Source: Chrysomallon squamiferum
Lineage: Eukaryota; Animalia; Mollusca
NCBI GenBank assembly: GCA_012295275.1
Contig: CM022672.1
Coordinates: forward strand, 6,324,001-6,388,000
Direction of reading: 5' to 3'
DNA: 64,000 nt
This document shows, one piece after another, positions 47,701 to 61,400 of the stretch. The notes under the pieces are model-generated. The model ran no database searches. It was not told where the DNA came from and saw only the letters and a program-made list of their open reading frames with translations. The position numbers and the translations under genes were made by a program. The stretch's first letter is position 1. Every line of letters begins with the position of its first letter.

Positions 47701-48768
47701 GTGTATGTATGTATATATGTGTATGTATGTATGTATGTATGTGTATACATGTATTTAATGTGTGTGTGTATGTTTACATTAGCCTTGTATATATGAATCT
47801 GTATATATATGTATATGTACGTATGTATGTGAACATATTCATTATCTGTCTGTTGTGTATTTAGTGTGTTTATGTGTGTGTCCTTTTTGTTCAAATATAT
47901 CACAGCCTTTCAATCTTTATAATCAGTTTTACATATTTTTCTTGATTTTCAAATACCTTAGTTCTGCTTAAAACATTAGATTGTTTTCCCACCTATTTTT
48001 TTTTTGTTTTGTTTATTTCAGTGGATAAAATTCTGTCAGACATAATTATAACCTGATTCTATTTTAAACGAATCTCGGAACACGATCTTACTTTGTCTGG
48101 AAAATATTTAGCCGATTCCTTTCTGCAGAAATCGTCTAGCAAGACGAGTTATTAAAGTATCAGTAAACATTATGTAATTATTTTCCTATCGTATCAGTAT
48201 TATATTTAATAAAAAAAAAATAGTAACGTGTTCAAAGAGGTGTCGTATTAAGACAAGAAAAAAAAAAAAAAAAAAAAAAAAACTCAATCTGAACGTAACT
48301 GTGTCCATGAGAGAGTAATGGGCTCCGTTTTAATTTAGCAAATTATTATTCTTTAACTTACTGAAATTCCAAAAATAAAAGTTAATTTTCGTGTCTTCTA
48401 ACGAATTCATCGATTCCACAAAAGCCTACGCGTTATAATGATTATTATTATTATACAGTGTAATCAAAAAACCACGGGCAATATGTTGTGTTTTCTTGCG
48501 AAAATATGTAAGTAATTAAAATAATAATACAACAGGCTATTTCCTCTTGGACGTAAATATGTTTTTAAGAAATTTTTTAGGAAATGAGCCCTCGAATTTG
48601 TTACAAACGACGTAAAACGAAAATGTTCGTGTCAGTCCAGGATGAAATAATTAATTTATGTTTTATTTACTAAACAATTTATTCTTATTTATTATTTATA
48701 AATTGTTTTAGTTGTACAATATTGTGTACAGCCGAAACCGTAATACTTCTGTTTATAATATATATATT

Positions 48769-48800
<32 letters not shown>

Positions 48801-50018
48801 CTCGCTCTCTCGGAAAAAAAGTCATTTGCTCTGTTATTATTATTGCTAACTGCCAAATTAGCAATGCCTTGGTTTATTCATCACCAGGCCACGTTTATGT
48901 CAAGTACCATTATGACTTGAAACATGAAATACATTTTAGATAAATAGAAACGCCTATTACCCACTTTATCTAATTTCGCACCCAAAATTTTCCGACATGA
49001 TGAAAAGGAGAGAGAGAATTTTACGTTTCTGACCACTTGATCTACATTTTAATGCTCCACGTACCGCCTGGACGATCCCAGGATGTGTTAGAGGGTTCGT
49101 GGACTCTTACAGCTGAAGGTGAACTCGTTATTTTCCGTAACATGTAATACCAATGTAATACCTATGTAATACTGACGTTATTTATGGTGACGGCACCTTC
49201 TGCAGTTGAACATTGGTCATGTACTGTGCATTAAGCACTTCCTGCCTACAAGCACCTTCCAAACAAGATTCAAACTGAGCGTTGAAGACTGAAGCAGAAA
49301 GAAACGATTTTAAGAAAACCTGCCGCCATTCGAGGATACAGGATGCTTCCTCTACTAGGCCCAGTCTGTGGAGGAAGATTCAGCATGTTGGTCTTACAAT
49401 CCCCTACAAGGTTTGAAATGAACTCTTCCATAGACTAATAGCCTATTACATAATTCCCACTTGATTTAATAACATTTTAATCTCTACTGATTTTTTTTTT
49501 TTTTTTTTTAGACCAAGTGAGAAGACATCACAGAAAAATTACGACTTCATTATTAGTTCAAGAAGTAAATCACTTTAACTAGAACTACCATTTCTATTTT
49601 GTTGCTATTTTTATTACTACTACAACTACTACTATTACAACAACGTCTACTACTAGTACTACTATTACTACACTACTACTACTATAATTATTGCTACTGC
49701 TTCTACAACAGCTATATATTTATTACAAGTATTAATACTATGAACATTCTCTACTATTGGTACTTCTACTACTTACAAACTGCAGCTGCTACTACTACAA
49801 CAACAACTGCTATCAATTATTAACAGCTCGTAGGATTATTTTCATACGCTTCTCTGATCATGAAAAAGTGTTCGTGTATATGTAAATATGTATGTATGTA
49901 TATACTATACGTCGCTCACGTTGTGGCAAACATTCATACGGGATCCATATTCATTATAATAATTAACCTTAAATTGTTGATAAAAAAATAATAAATAAAT
50001 AAATAAATAAATAAATAA

Positions 50019-50089
<71 letters not shown>

Positions 50090-50453
50090 TAACATTATTT
50101 ATTTATATGTGACAGATGTACATCGTCTTAAACACACCCACATTCACACACATAGTATATTATAATTTTGTTTGACAGCAAAGTACGGTTCAGGTGTCGT
50201 TAAATAAAAGAGAAAAACAATAAAAAGAAAAAAGAAAGAAACATTTTGTAGTGGTAATGGTCGTTGTCGTCGCAGTAGTAAAAATAATAAAAGCTAAAAC
50301 AGAAGAAAAAAAGAGAAAAAACCTTTTGAATCAGAAATATAATCAACACGATATATGAAATAATTAAATTGTATTCTAACTTGACTCCAAATCAGTTACG
50401 TATAAATAATTAATATAATATGCACGTGCTTTCTCATACAGATCAATAGACAG

Positions 50454-50518
<65 letters not shown>

Positions 50519-53500
50519 AACAACATAAATTTGATGATAATGAAGAATTATCGTTAAGTTTAAATATTTTTGAATTACAAGTATTTACCTTTTTCCACGG
50601 TATCAACTTTAGCGTCATTTAGCTCCTGAGTATCCATTATTTTTCCATAAAGTCAAACAGTCCATTAATAATATTTCTATTTGTTGCTTATTTAACCACT
50701 CCTTATTAAAAAATAAATAAATAAAAATAAAAATCAGTCTGAAAATATCGTTAAAATAATATCCCCATTCAACCGCAGAAATATTCCTCTTGTTATGTGG
50801 GTGGGTGCGCAAGGAGTAAAGAACGTCACAAAAATAAGTAGTCTTGTTTTGCAGAGATTTTATTCGATCTAGAACTACGAGGCTAGTGTTGACGTACATA
50901 TCTAATAACGGGGGAGTATTCCATTTTTTTTTTTTTCCCCTGATCAATAAGCTATTTCGTCTTTATTCAGTAATAGTCTGTCTTTATCAGTGATTTTCTC
51001 CTGGAAATGAACGTACGTGGCTGATAATTATGGGTCATCAAAGTGTTTGATATGTCAGATATTGTTAGTGATACAATTTCTTTCGGAGATAATGTTTTGT
51101 CCTAACATGAGATATCTGTCGTCAATTCTCGGATATTTACGTAAACTCTTAGATTTCATTGTTGCGGATGATACAAAAAAAAAAAAATAAAAAAAAATAA
51201 TGAAGTACAAAAACCGCAACAAGAACATTGAATATAATTATTAATGTTTTTTTTATTGTTGTTTGTGTGTGTGTTGTTTAATTTCATTAATGACAGAAGA
51301 AGAAACACTGGCAGTAAAATAATATGGTTCGGATTCAGATTTTTGTTTGTTTCTTTTTTTAAATATGTTTTCTATAATATTATTTTAATAAATTTTACAT
51401 AATTTTATTTAATTAATTTATTTATTTTGCTTTCGAGAATATAATGTTATTAATTTCAGAAATCGTGTACCCTACAGACAGACATTTGTGGCAGTAAATG
51501 TCAGAAAATTGCTCGACTTCAACCACAAATTAATCAGTTTATTATCAAATGAACACATGGGAATTGTGGTTCGGTGAAGTAAGAGATTATTTAAAAACGC
51601 ACTCGACACATTCTTAATGTACGATTATTTGCCTTTCATACGCATGATCACAAACCATACCGAGTACCGGAAACGACGCGACGTGTTGCTATTTTTAGAT
51701 TAGTAGCACGATATCTTTTAAATGCACCTCTCCATTGACGGTTAATTACCTATCAGAGCTTTTAACAAAACAGTCTGAGAGTGAGAAATAGCATAGTATG
51801 GGATGTATGATAGAATAAGAATAGCTGGATTAAGAATAAATGAATGTTTCTGTCTATTTTTCTATTTATATATAGAGAGAGAGGGAGGAGAGAGAATTTC
51901 AAAAAGACAAAGAACATAGAAATTTCTTTTACAAAAGAACAGAGCAACTGAAGGTCTATGCAGCGTGAATACACACGTACATTATTCAGTCTTTTATCTT
52001 AAATGTTTGAAGATATGTTGTCAGTATAATGAATATTTTAAAAATATAAATTTTGTTTATTTCTAGGCTTTGTTTCTTTGAACATGATTGTACAAAAACA
52101 CCAGAACATCAAGACATCAAAGCTAAATATTATTTCAGACGTAAAGATATAGTAAATGTTTTCAACATAAAAGAGTTAAAAAGAGTATTACATAATAAAA
52201 TAAAATAAAAAAATAAGAAAAAAAGAAAAAAGAAAAGATCGCTCCCTCTTACCTACCCGCGATTATGACTGTTGTTCGAAAATGATAAATATTAATAATA
52301 ATAAATTTACTGTAGAGTAGCTTTTATTAATATTTGACAAACCCGTGGTTCGACAATAACATAACATACATATTATATAATAAATAAATTACTGTACAGT
52401 AAAAAGCATTCTTATACTGGCATATAGTTTACGTGGATTTTAGTCGTTCTTAAATAATATATATAAATGTATTTCAAGTCATAGATAGAATAGAATTACG
52501 CCATTTCAAAAAGGACATGAGTATCCCGTTTTTGATTTTTTTTTTTTTTTCCATATCTAGACGTGTTTAGATCTTTACGTATCTACTGCACATCTTTACT
52601 ATAATGAATGTGTCATTTTATCATCTAGGTATTTATATATATACCTCAAATGGCCTTGAATTACTTACAGTCTGTGTATAAAGTTCAATTCATTTCAGTA
52701 CCAGCTGAAAAACTGTCACGTGCTAATCACCTGACCGATACGTCGCGATTCAGGTCGATTCAAACATGTCCGAAGATTTACCGAGTCGGTATTTATGATA
52801 GGAGTCTCGGGTTTCTTCTTGTAACGTGTTTACTTACGCCTACGTGGTACCTTTTATGGTGCTATCGAAGGCGAAGTGGAAAATGGCCAATCCAAAGTGG
52901 TGTAAAACGACAGTTTTGTTAAACGAGTACACTGGCCGGAGTCGTTGCCAACCAGAGGATATTCGGGCTAACAAGGCGGAATTACAAGTAAAGAAGCAAA
53001 CGTAATTGCTTTAATTCCGTTTGATAGTGGTCTTCGGTCAGATTTAAAGATAATATATGATACCCGAAGATCTGATAATCAGAAACGAGCAGTTCGAAAG
53101 ACATTACAAACATGTTCAGATCTTATAGATGTTAATGAGATCTGTCAATGTCGCAGTAAACTAATTCGAGTCAAACACTAGTAATTAACATTTATGTGAA
53201 ATTCTGACTTTTCCCTTTTGTGTTGAATCTGTTAAAAATTTCAGTATTAGTTTGAAAAACAGTATGAAGTAGTGAAGTAGACGTACCTCATTATTAAACA
53301 CTTTGTATTTGTTTGGCTTCTGTGACTTCTAAAGTTAAATAGATTTTAAAAAGTGGCGATCTGAATAAATGAATGAATACTTTATGACATCTAAGAATAT
53401 AAAAAGTTCGTCTTTTATTCGTTCAGGAATGATAAATAATATTACTTACAAATTATTAGGACATACCGGTGAATAATTAGTTACAGTGGGAAAATGACTG

Positions 53501-56280
53501 GGAATTATAAATATAATGGTGAATGATTATTTAAATTTAAAAATAACTAAATGCAGTTAAATGATATGTTTTAGTCTGGGCTTATGCAGCATTATTTTGT
53601 TTTCTAATTATTCAAGTGATTAATGAGAAGATGCTGCCGGGAAATCAATGCAAGTCATATTTGCGAAATTAATATCACTATCCTTTCACAAACCTTGTTA
53701 CACCTGCTACTTTATCAACGATAACATTTTATATGCACAAAATCACTAACTTCAAAGATGACAGTCTGTTAAGTAAAATTTCCATTTAGAGATCTCTATA
53801 ATTTTCTGACTAAAGCTAGACATGATTATTACAAAAATTTCTAAAAGCCTGGTAAAGATAATTACAGTGTTTTTTTTTTTAACTTCATTTTTTTCTCTCT
53901 CTCTTTCCTTCTCTCTCTCTGTGTTATACTCTTTGTTTTTTTCTTTTTCTAAAGTGAAGTCAAAATTGAATTTTAAAAACAGTTATTTATTTAAATTAAT
54001 GCAACATATACTAAATTTAATGTATACAAATGAATTCATTATCTGAATTTTTAAACATATTTTCTCAAATTAATGAAATTTAATAACGTTAATGTAATAA
54101 AATGAATTCGTTATTTGAATTTTCAAAAACTATTTTTCTTAAATTAATGTGTATATATATTTTATAAATCATTGAAGTATATTAAAGTCAAGGTATTCAA
54201 ATGATTTTAATTCAAAAATTATTTGATCGTAATAAAGTATTATGTGAATCGAATATGGAATAATGCGATAGACACATTTTCAAAGGATACAACACATGTT
54301 CAAGATAACAAATTAAAGGCGCAGATTTTCTTTGATATTTTCTAAAAACATAATACACAGTGTGCCTGCATGGTTAGGAGTATTTGATTGATCATACAAA
54401 AATTCAATATGACTCATTTAAGAAGAACTGTATTCCCTAATAAAAACTGAATTATAGCAGGACGTCGGCTCTTTGTAGTTTCTCTTTTTAAAAATATGTA
54501 TGACATATCAGAAAGAGTCACAAAATTTTTAAAGTGTAGTGACTACAAGCAACAACAACAACAAAAAACCCGAATGTAAATGTTTACGGATTGTGAAATA
54601 GAAAACCATGCGCGCGCATTCTCAGTATTTGATTGCCTTTATAATGAAGCATGTTTCATTTTGAAAGTTCCATCCATCACAATGATGGTATTTATCCCTT
54701 GCTCGGAAATCTTGGGTTCGTTATATGGGAAAAATGTCATATTCTATAAACGTAACTACAGTACATCGTGTTGTCTTTGTGAGTATCCACTAATTATTTT
54801 GTCCACCCACTACATAAAAAAACATACATTCATTCACTAACAAAGAAAAACGAAAACTGTAATCGTTGACCGAGGTTAATGTTAATTAGTACTGTGAATG
54901 ATGGTAAATAAAAAAGAAAAAAAGAAAAAGAAGAAAAAAAGAAAGAAAGAAATATCAATAATGTTGTACCCATGAATATTTTATTATTGTTGTTGTTTTT
55001 GTTGTTCCTGTTGTTTAAAATGTATCTTTCAAGCAAAAATATTTGTTATTATTTGTTATTATTATAATTTCTCATCAACGAGATGACGTTACAACGCCAT
55101 TTTGCATTAAAATGGCGAGATTCCTATGTTTTTTGTAACTTTATTGTCAAACCTTGTCATTACCGACCTCTTTAAGTGAACTGGGTGTTTAGATATCGCT
55201 CTTAACGACTTCACTAATGCAGCATGTAATGATTTATTATTTTCTTTTAAATTCTGAACTGCTTCTTTTTTTTTTTCTTATCTTGTTGATGATTCCCTGT
55301 TACACAAAAAGGACGCCCCCACAGTCAGATATTTCCAGTACGCCACAGGGTATAATAACGAAAAGTGGAAGGTGGGGGATGATGATGATATTAAGAAAGC
55401 AATAACACAGAGTGAAACGGAGGGAAAAAAAGTTCAAAGTTTCTGGCTCCAACTGGTTCCCTGCAGTAGTTAAATATTCGTTGTGATATAAAAAATTTCA
55501 TCTGGGCGGGAAGGGGAAGCCGGGGACTGAGTTTTGATGACGGTTTGTTGTTTGAAAGTTATGAGCTCCACGGTGATGGGATAAGGTTTTCAGAAAACAC
55601 TAAATTTGTCTCTGATACAGACGGCGTCATTTCCTAAAACTTTAACCTTTGACATTTCTAGCTGACACGTAGAGAATAAATAACAGAGCTAGTGTACGTA
55701 AGAATCAACTTTAAATTAAATACACAACCATCTGTCCATCCATCCATTCATCCACACATACACTTAGACACATATAATTAATTTAAGATCAAGACACGAC
55801 AATGTATACTTCATAAGCTAATACCAGTTATAAAGGTGATAATGAAAGTAATATGACAGTGAATGTTTTTTTTAGGACACATTATAGACTAGAAACTGCA
55901 ATCGTTTATGTGAGTTAATCACAGAAAATAAATGTGTTATATATTCGCCTGTTACAAACACGTATGTGTGGTAACAATTCTGCCATCGCTGAAGAGCACA
56001 TTAACTAGAAGACAATAAAAAAGGCTCTGTGAATATTTTTCAGATGAACGTATTTGTTTGCAGTTTAATAGAAATTAACGATTTTATTTAAGAAAAAAAA
56101 CTGTTGGAAAAAAAATAAAAATCATAACCATTTCCGCCTTGTGTTTCTTAGAGCTCTCAGTAATTAGTTTATTGTGCGTGTTGATCTCATTTTATCTTTA
56201 CATAATAATAAAAAAAAAGAAATATTTAATATATTTATTTTGTCTGAGATGAAAATTAATGCGGTACCTTATTTGAAAAC

Positions 56281-56353
<73 letters not shown>

Positions 56354-56720
56354 ATGTGTAATATTAGTAGTTCTATTAATAGCTGCAATAGCTTCTGATT
56401 AGTTAATTAATTAATTATGTATATATCTATGTATGTATTTGCCTGCACCCACGTACAAACATGTATATATGTCTGTCTGTGTGTATGTAGATTTACTTGC
56501 ATGGATGCATGTAAACATATGTATTTGTGTATACAACTGTTTATGTATGCATGAAAAATCTAAGTGTGCTCTTGTACGTGTTCTCTGCATTATTAATGAC
56601 TTCGAACGTGGAATTTTGCGATAATTCAATCTCTGAAAGAATTTAAACAATTTTCTTACTTGCTGGCACACAGTCAACGACTGGTCCATCTGTACTGCCA
56701 TTTGTCTGGCAAATCTTCAT
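38658..56720 (-). CDS. uncharacterised single-pass membrane protein, ~178 aa; exons 56720-56660, 40473-40365, 39660-39541, 38904-38658
   Basis: Four exons with canonical AG/GT and compatible phases (1,2,2); in-frame upstream stop before ATG 56720; TM GVPYFIIIITLVLCALLLATIALIIAILVF followed by RHRKK; acidic cytoplasmic tail. The link across the 16-kb intron is inferred. Confidence 0.65.
39541..39660 (-). CDS. membrane protein internal exon (KGDLSP...RLEPR)
   Basis: TTTTCAG / AG|GTATAA, 120 nt, phase 2-2, open. Confidence 0.8.
40365..40473 (-). CDS. membrane protein TM exon
   Basis: TTTCAG / AC|GTAAGT, 109 nt, phase 1-2; hydrophobic helix plus basic stop-transfer. Confidence 0.82.
42970..43290. 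repeat. degenerate ~42-bp minisatellite, ~7 copies
   Basis: Unit ~TCTTAAATAAAATGTATAGTTACAGTATAGAGCGTGTTTCATA. Confidence 0.8.
43840..44140. promoter_or_regulatory. CpG-rich intronic element with paired inverted YY1-type motifs
   Basis: AAATGGCGG (43892-43900) and CCGCCATTT (43917-43925); minus-strand donor CAG|GTAACG at 44111. Confidence 0.35.
45473..45690. repeat. 18-bp minisatellite, ~12 copies
   Basis: Unit ACTRCTATGTAGAYTAAC. Confidence 0.95.
45758..46014. repeat. 70-bp tandem repeat (~3.7 copies) built from degenerate 18-mers
   Basis: GAARACTAACATT starts at 45758, 45828, 45898 and 45968. Confidence 0.9.
49200..49420 (+). mobile_element. possible degraded 3' end of an RTE-type LINE
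   Basis: Fragmentary translation W...VH...TFQTRFKLSVED*SRKK...PVCGGR...VGL resembles the C-terminal zinc-knuckle tail of RTE ORFs; several frameshifts. Confidence 0.35.
51588..51762 (-). mobile_element. old SINE-like dispersed repeat fragment (resembles molluscan Nin-domain SINE core)
   Basis: AAACGCACTCGACACATT..GATTAGTAGCACGATATCTTTTAAATGCAC; related pieces at ~27590-27650, 58790-58900 and 61325-61400; family name from memory only. Confidence 0.4.
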
Positions 56721-56780
56721 TCTGTGAAGCGTTTCAGTGTTTAAACACCAGTGTAAAAATTAGCCCCTTTCACCGGGAAC
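56660..56780 (-). CDS. membrane protein start-codon exon (5'UTR + MKICQTNGSTDGPVVDCVPA)
   Basis: TGTTTTTCAG acceptor, CAA|GTAAGA donor; ATG at 56720 with A at -3; ends in phase 1, matching the TM exon. Confidence 0.65.
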
Positions 56781-56830
56781 CTGAAAAACAGAATTAACTC
56801 ATTAATTGTTTATAATAATAATAATAATAA

Positions 56831-56861
<31 letters not shown>

Positions 56862-56957
56862 AAGAAGAAGAAGAAAAAAGAAGAAGAAGAAGAAACTGTA
56901 AAAGGAATATTATTAAAAAACAAAACATCAAGGATTAGTGTGATGAACATATCCACG

Positions 56958-57009
<52 letters not shown>

Positions 57010-58787
57010 TGTGCGTGTGCCTAACAAGTAATTTATTGAAGTAAATACCGTCCGATAACATACAAAATTATCGAATGATACATATTGCCAGTACGTACAG
57101 TCAGTGACTGCAGAATAGAGAGACAGAGAGATGGATAGGTATAGTATTTTAAAGTTCTAAAATCCTCATTAACTAAGCTGACTGAATAATAATAATTTGC
57201 ATAAAAACAAAAATATCTGCCTCACTGGTGAATTAACATAACTCTGTCGAACAACAAACGATAATCTCAGATAAAACTGACTAAACGGTTAAACTGAGGG
57301 GATATGACTGACAGATACTCGGATCTCATCTTCATTACTGCTCTGTCCATTGTTAGTTATGAAGATGCAATATTAGACCATTACAACTCTATTGTCTCGA
57401 TAGTATATTATATGTTACTGTTAGAGCATTGGTCATTAACCAGGAGTGGGGAATACGAATATATTATATCATACTGAGTTTATAAAAACTTACAGTTTAA
57501 TACATCCTATATATATATATATATATATGTATATGTGTTTGTGTAGGTTACACAGATCTGTAGCATTTTATAAATCTCTTGTAAAGAGAAAACATATCTA
57601 ATACGCCCAAAGTTGAGATTTTTCATATCCCCAAGTAGTCTGGGCTCTTGTAATAGCACATTTTCAAACAGACGACATAAAACAAATAAAAAAATAAAAA
57701 ATGTAAGAAGGAAAGTATTTAAGTAAGTAAATAGATATTTCGTTAAAAAGAATCTGTGTAAGGAATATTAAAATGAAATAAAATAGTTACAAAATGTAAT
57801 TAATTTTTTTTTAAATAAGCAAGTTAAATAAATAAAGAAATATTAATGTTTATCTTCTGCTAGCTACTACTGTAGAGTATGTATTATTGTTCTTGAATAT
57901 AGCAATAAGAAGAAATAAATAATTTCACCAACATTGTTTTATCTGCAGAATGCAAGAGAAAAAAAATGTCGGTTAATAATTAAAAAAAAGATTTCAAACT
58001 CACTAAAAACGATCACCATTGCAATATATTTTAAAATAATAAAATTTTTTTCCACAAAACCAGTAAGAATTATTTTTCTTTCTTAACTATTTAATTTTAA
58101 TTAATGGATTAACAGATAACTGGTGTATGCTACATCTAAATGTATCACCTTAGTTTGTATTCATGAATGACAAAACGGGTTGAGTCTGATCTCGCTCCAA
58201 AACAAACTGAGTGGGTTGTGGGAACACGTGACACGAAAAGTGTGATGACATTAAATTGTAGAAAGGCGAAAGATTATCATTCAAAAACATCGATTTTAAC
58301 TTGTCAGTATATTGCGGAAATTTATTCCTATTTCAACTTCTTTTGTTTCTTATGCTTATGCGTGAACTGCAGGGTGGTCAAATTCTTATCTGTTAACACA
58401 TTATGTGTGCGTATGTGTGTATATGTGTGTGTGTGCGTGTCTGCATGCTTTTGTAAAATCTGACATCAAAATATCAAAAAATGAATACTACAATGTAGTC
58501 ATACTAATAAGATATATACATATTTTAGAAAAGAAATAATGTTCAGTAAATCTTTATCTGCATTTTTTAAATTACTTTTCCTTTTGAAAAGTTCAGTCTT
58601 AGTCTGTAAATAATCATAAACGAAAACGAAAAAAAAAGGTACAGTGTAATTCTTAATTCTGTACAGAACCATGGTATCTTTTCATACCGACATTTGTAAG
58701 ATACTGTAGTTCATTTATATATATATATATATAGGTCATATATGCGTGTGTGTGTGTTTGTGTGTCTGTCTGTGCTGGCATGTCAGT

Positions 58788-58900
58788 GTGTGTATTCTGA
58801 TGATACTGTTGTAACTCCATGGTCTATTCTCATTGATTAGCAAAAACGAGTTAGTTGTACAACCTTTCGCACAGAAAGGAAATGACAAACCATGCAAATC
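58788..58900. repeat. dispersed repeat, copy related to 61323-61400
   Basis: GTGTATTCTGATGATACTGTTGTAACTCCATGGTCTATTCTCATTGATTAGCAAAAACGAGTT vs GTGTATGCTGACGATACTGTCATAACTCACGGGTTATTCTTACTGATTAGCAAAACGGAGTT; both follow (TG)n. Confidence 0.75.
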
Positions 58901-59394
58901 GCCCGACTGTGAGCTACTCTTACTCGTTAGCAACAATTTATATGTTATCTGAACCTTCACGTAAACAGAAAAACACATACTATGAAATCCTTGACTCTAT
59001 GGACTAATTGTATTTACTATCAGCAAGGCATCTGTTATAATAGCGTTATCCCATTACGTATTATGTGTTTTATTGTTGTAGATTTTTTACATTACAGTTA
59101 ATGAATTGTTATAACTGTTACTATTGCTTTGGCTGCCCTTGTTATATTTGTTGTTATGTTGCTGCTGTTACTTATGTTGTTTTTGTTATATCTATTGTCG
59201 TTACATATTTCCCGTTGATGTCGATGCTGCTGCTGCTAAATTTCTTCCCGGTTTTTTTTTTTTTTTTTTTTTTGTTGCTATTACAATAATTACAATATAA
59301 ATATATAAATATAAACAGCAGTACCAGTTTACATTCCGTTTTAATTTTTCTAAATTATTTTAAAGAAATGACAAGTAAAACAAAAAAAACTCAC

Positions 59395-59920
59395 CTGTGT
59401 ACTGAAACAAAAATCAGCAAAGACCCAAAAACAAAGAACAAAAAATAATAATATTAATAATAATGCCAAAAAAAAAAAAAAAAAAAAAAAAAAGTCTTCG
59501 TAAATAATATTCTTTTACGTCAATGGTTTTCCAAACTGTCTACATCCATTGTCGTCAGATTCTCCACAATTAGTTTTTTTTTAAAAAACACACCGCGATG
59601 TAAGAATCGTCTGTTCCTCTGCTTCTTCCCGTTCACAGAACAAGCCAGCAGACGACAAGGCAGAAGAAAAAAAAACCCACACCGAACGTAATTTCTGATC
59701 GCAGAAATCCAATTTGTTGTTGTATTTTTCACGAAGACTGCAAACGAGAACTACACCTGTTTGAAAATTAGAGACGGTAGAACGTATATACCAAAGTGAA
59801 TATCAGATTAAACATGTCACAATGTCGAATGACTGTCATTTTCCGTGAATCTCGACTCATTTATTATTGATTTTGCCATTTGCCTCGTGGCTTGTAACAG
59901 CGCGCGAATCTTCGGAAGAT
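59395..59920 (-). promoter_or_regulatory. putative 5'UTR exon/promoter of the membrane-protein gene
   Basis: Consensus donor CAG|GTGAGT at 59394 next to a CpG-rich segment (59500-59920). Confidence 0.4.
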
Positions 59921-60174
59921 GAAGAAGGAAAAAAAAAAAAAGAAAAAAAAAAAAGAAAAGAACTAAGAAATAACAAATAAGACTTAGTGTTTTTCCACTG
60001 AATCTTACACCTGGCAGCCTGTATTACACACCTTTAGTGACCTTTGATTATTTGTCAGACATCTTGAAATTTTAAAGGGTGTCTTATGGGCTGGCGGAAT
60101 ATTTATTTAGGAAAATAAAATAAAGGGTAGTTGAGAGTTCAGAATCAGTACAAATCTGAATGTTCGATTTTATT

Positions 60175-60213
<39 letters not shown>

Positions 60214-60506
60214 TATAGTTAGTTAGTTGTTTGTTTGCATGTTTGTCTTTTTTATATTTTATTTGTCGTTATCATCATCATACCAATAACTGAACGATTT
60301 TATCACAACTACTATCAATACTACTAGTATTACTGCTGCTACTGCTACTGCTACAACTGCTGCTACTGCTACTGCTACAACTGCTGCTACTGCTACTACT
60401 ACAACTGCTGCTACTGCTACTACTACAACTGCTGCTAATACTGTGTTTTGAAAATATATCTGTAATTACTATTCGCGAAATATAACTATTAATTAATGAA
60501 TTACTA

Positions 60507-60564
<58 letters not shown>

Positions 60565-61322
60565 TAATAATAATAATAATAATAATAATAGTTATATAAT
60601 AATAATATTTTTACATTAATATGAGTCACCACACGTTAAAAAAAACACCTAAAAAAACGAAAAAGAAATAGGAAAGAAAAAAAACAACTAATAAATAAAG
60701 AAAAATAAAGAAAGAAGATAGATAAAGATAACTCTAAACAGATTCGGATCAATCCAGACTTATTAAACATTGAATGCACTGAAAACAGCATAACAGATCG
60801 TTATATAAACACCATATTTAAACATCTAAAGAAAATTTTAAAGACATTTTAAATAAATAATATAAAAGTAGATTTAGATTTACTTAACACTGTATAAATA
60901 TTTATGCTTTTAAATATGGAAAATAAATAAAATACTTAACACCGAATAAATGTTTATTTTTTTAAACAAATAATATAATACTAAAAATATGCTAGATTAA
61001 GCTAAAATTTCACTTTCATTTCAAAATAGATTAGGTAGGCAGAAGCTCTTTGAACACAAACTCGTAATAAAGTAAACTAGATCAAGATATTAATATTTCA
61101 TTTGCATTTAAAAAACAGATTAGGTAGGCAGAAGATACATGAAACAATCTCATAATGATGTAGCCTATATAACGCTAACATTACATTTTCACATAAAAGC
61201 AGACCGGGTTAATACACTGTTTTTTTCGCACGCACGATTGATAATAGATACTTACATTGTACGTAAAATGTGTGTGTGTGTGTGTGTGTGTGTACGTGCG
61301 ACGTGTGCGCGCGTGCCTGCAT

Positions 61323-61400
61323 GTGTATGCTGACGATACTGTCATAACTCACGGGTTATTCTTACTGATTAGCAAAACGGAGTTTGTTATACGCACCTTC
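61323..61400. repeat. dispersed repeat, copy related to 58788-58900
   Basis: See partner. Confidence 0.75.

Noticed and set aside
56411-56701. ORF-track frame MAVQMDQ... as the start of the membrane protein
   Set aside because: It ends in phase 0 at the donor, incompatible with the phase-1 TM exon; the upstream ATG at 56720 fits.
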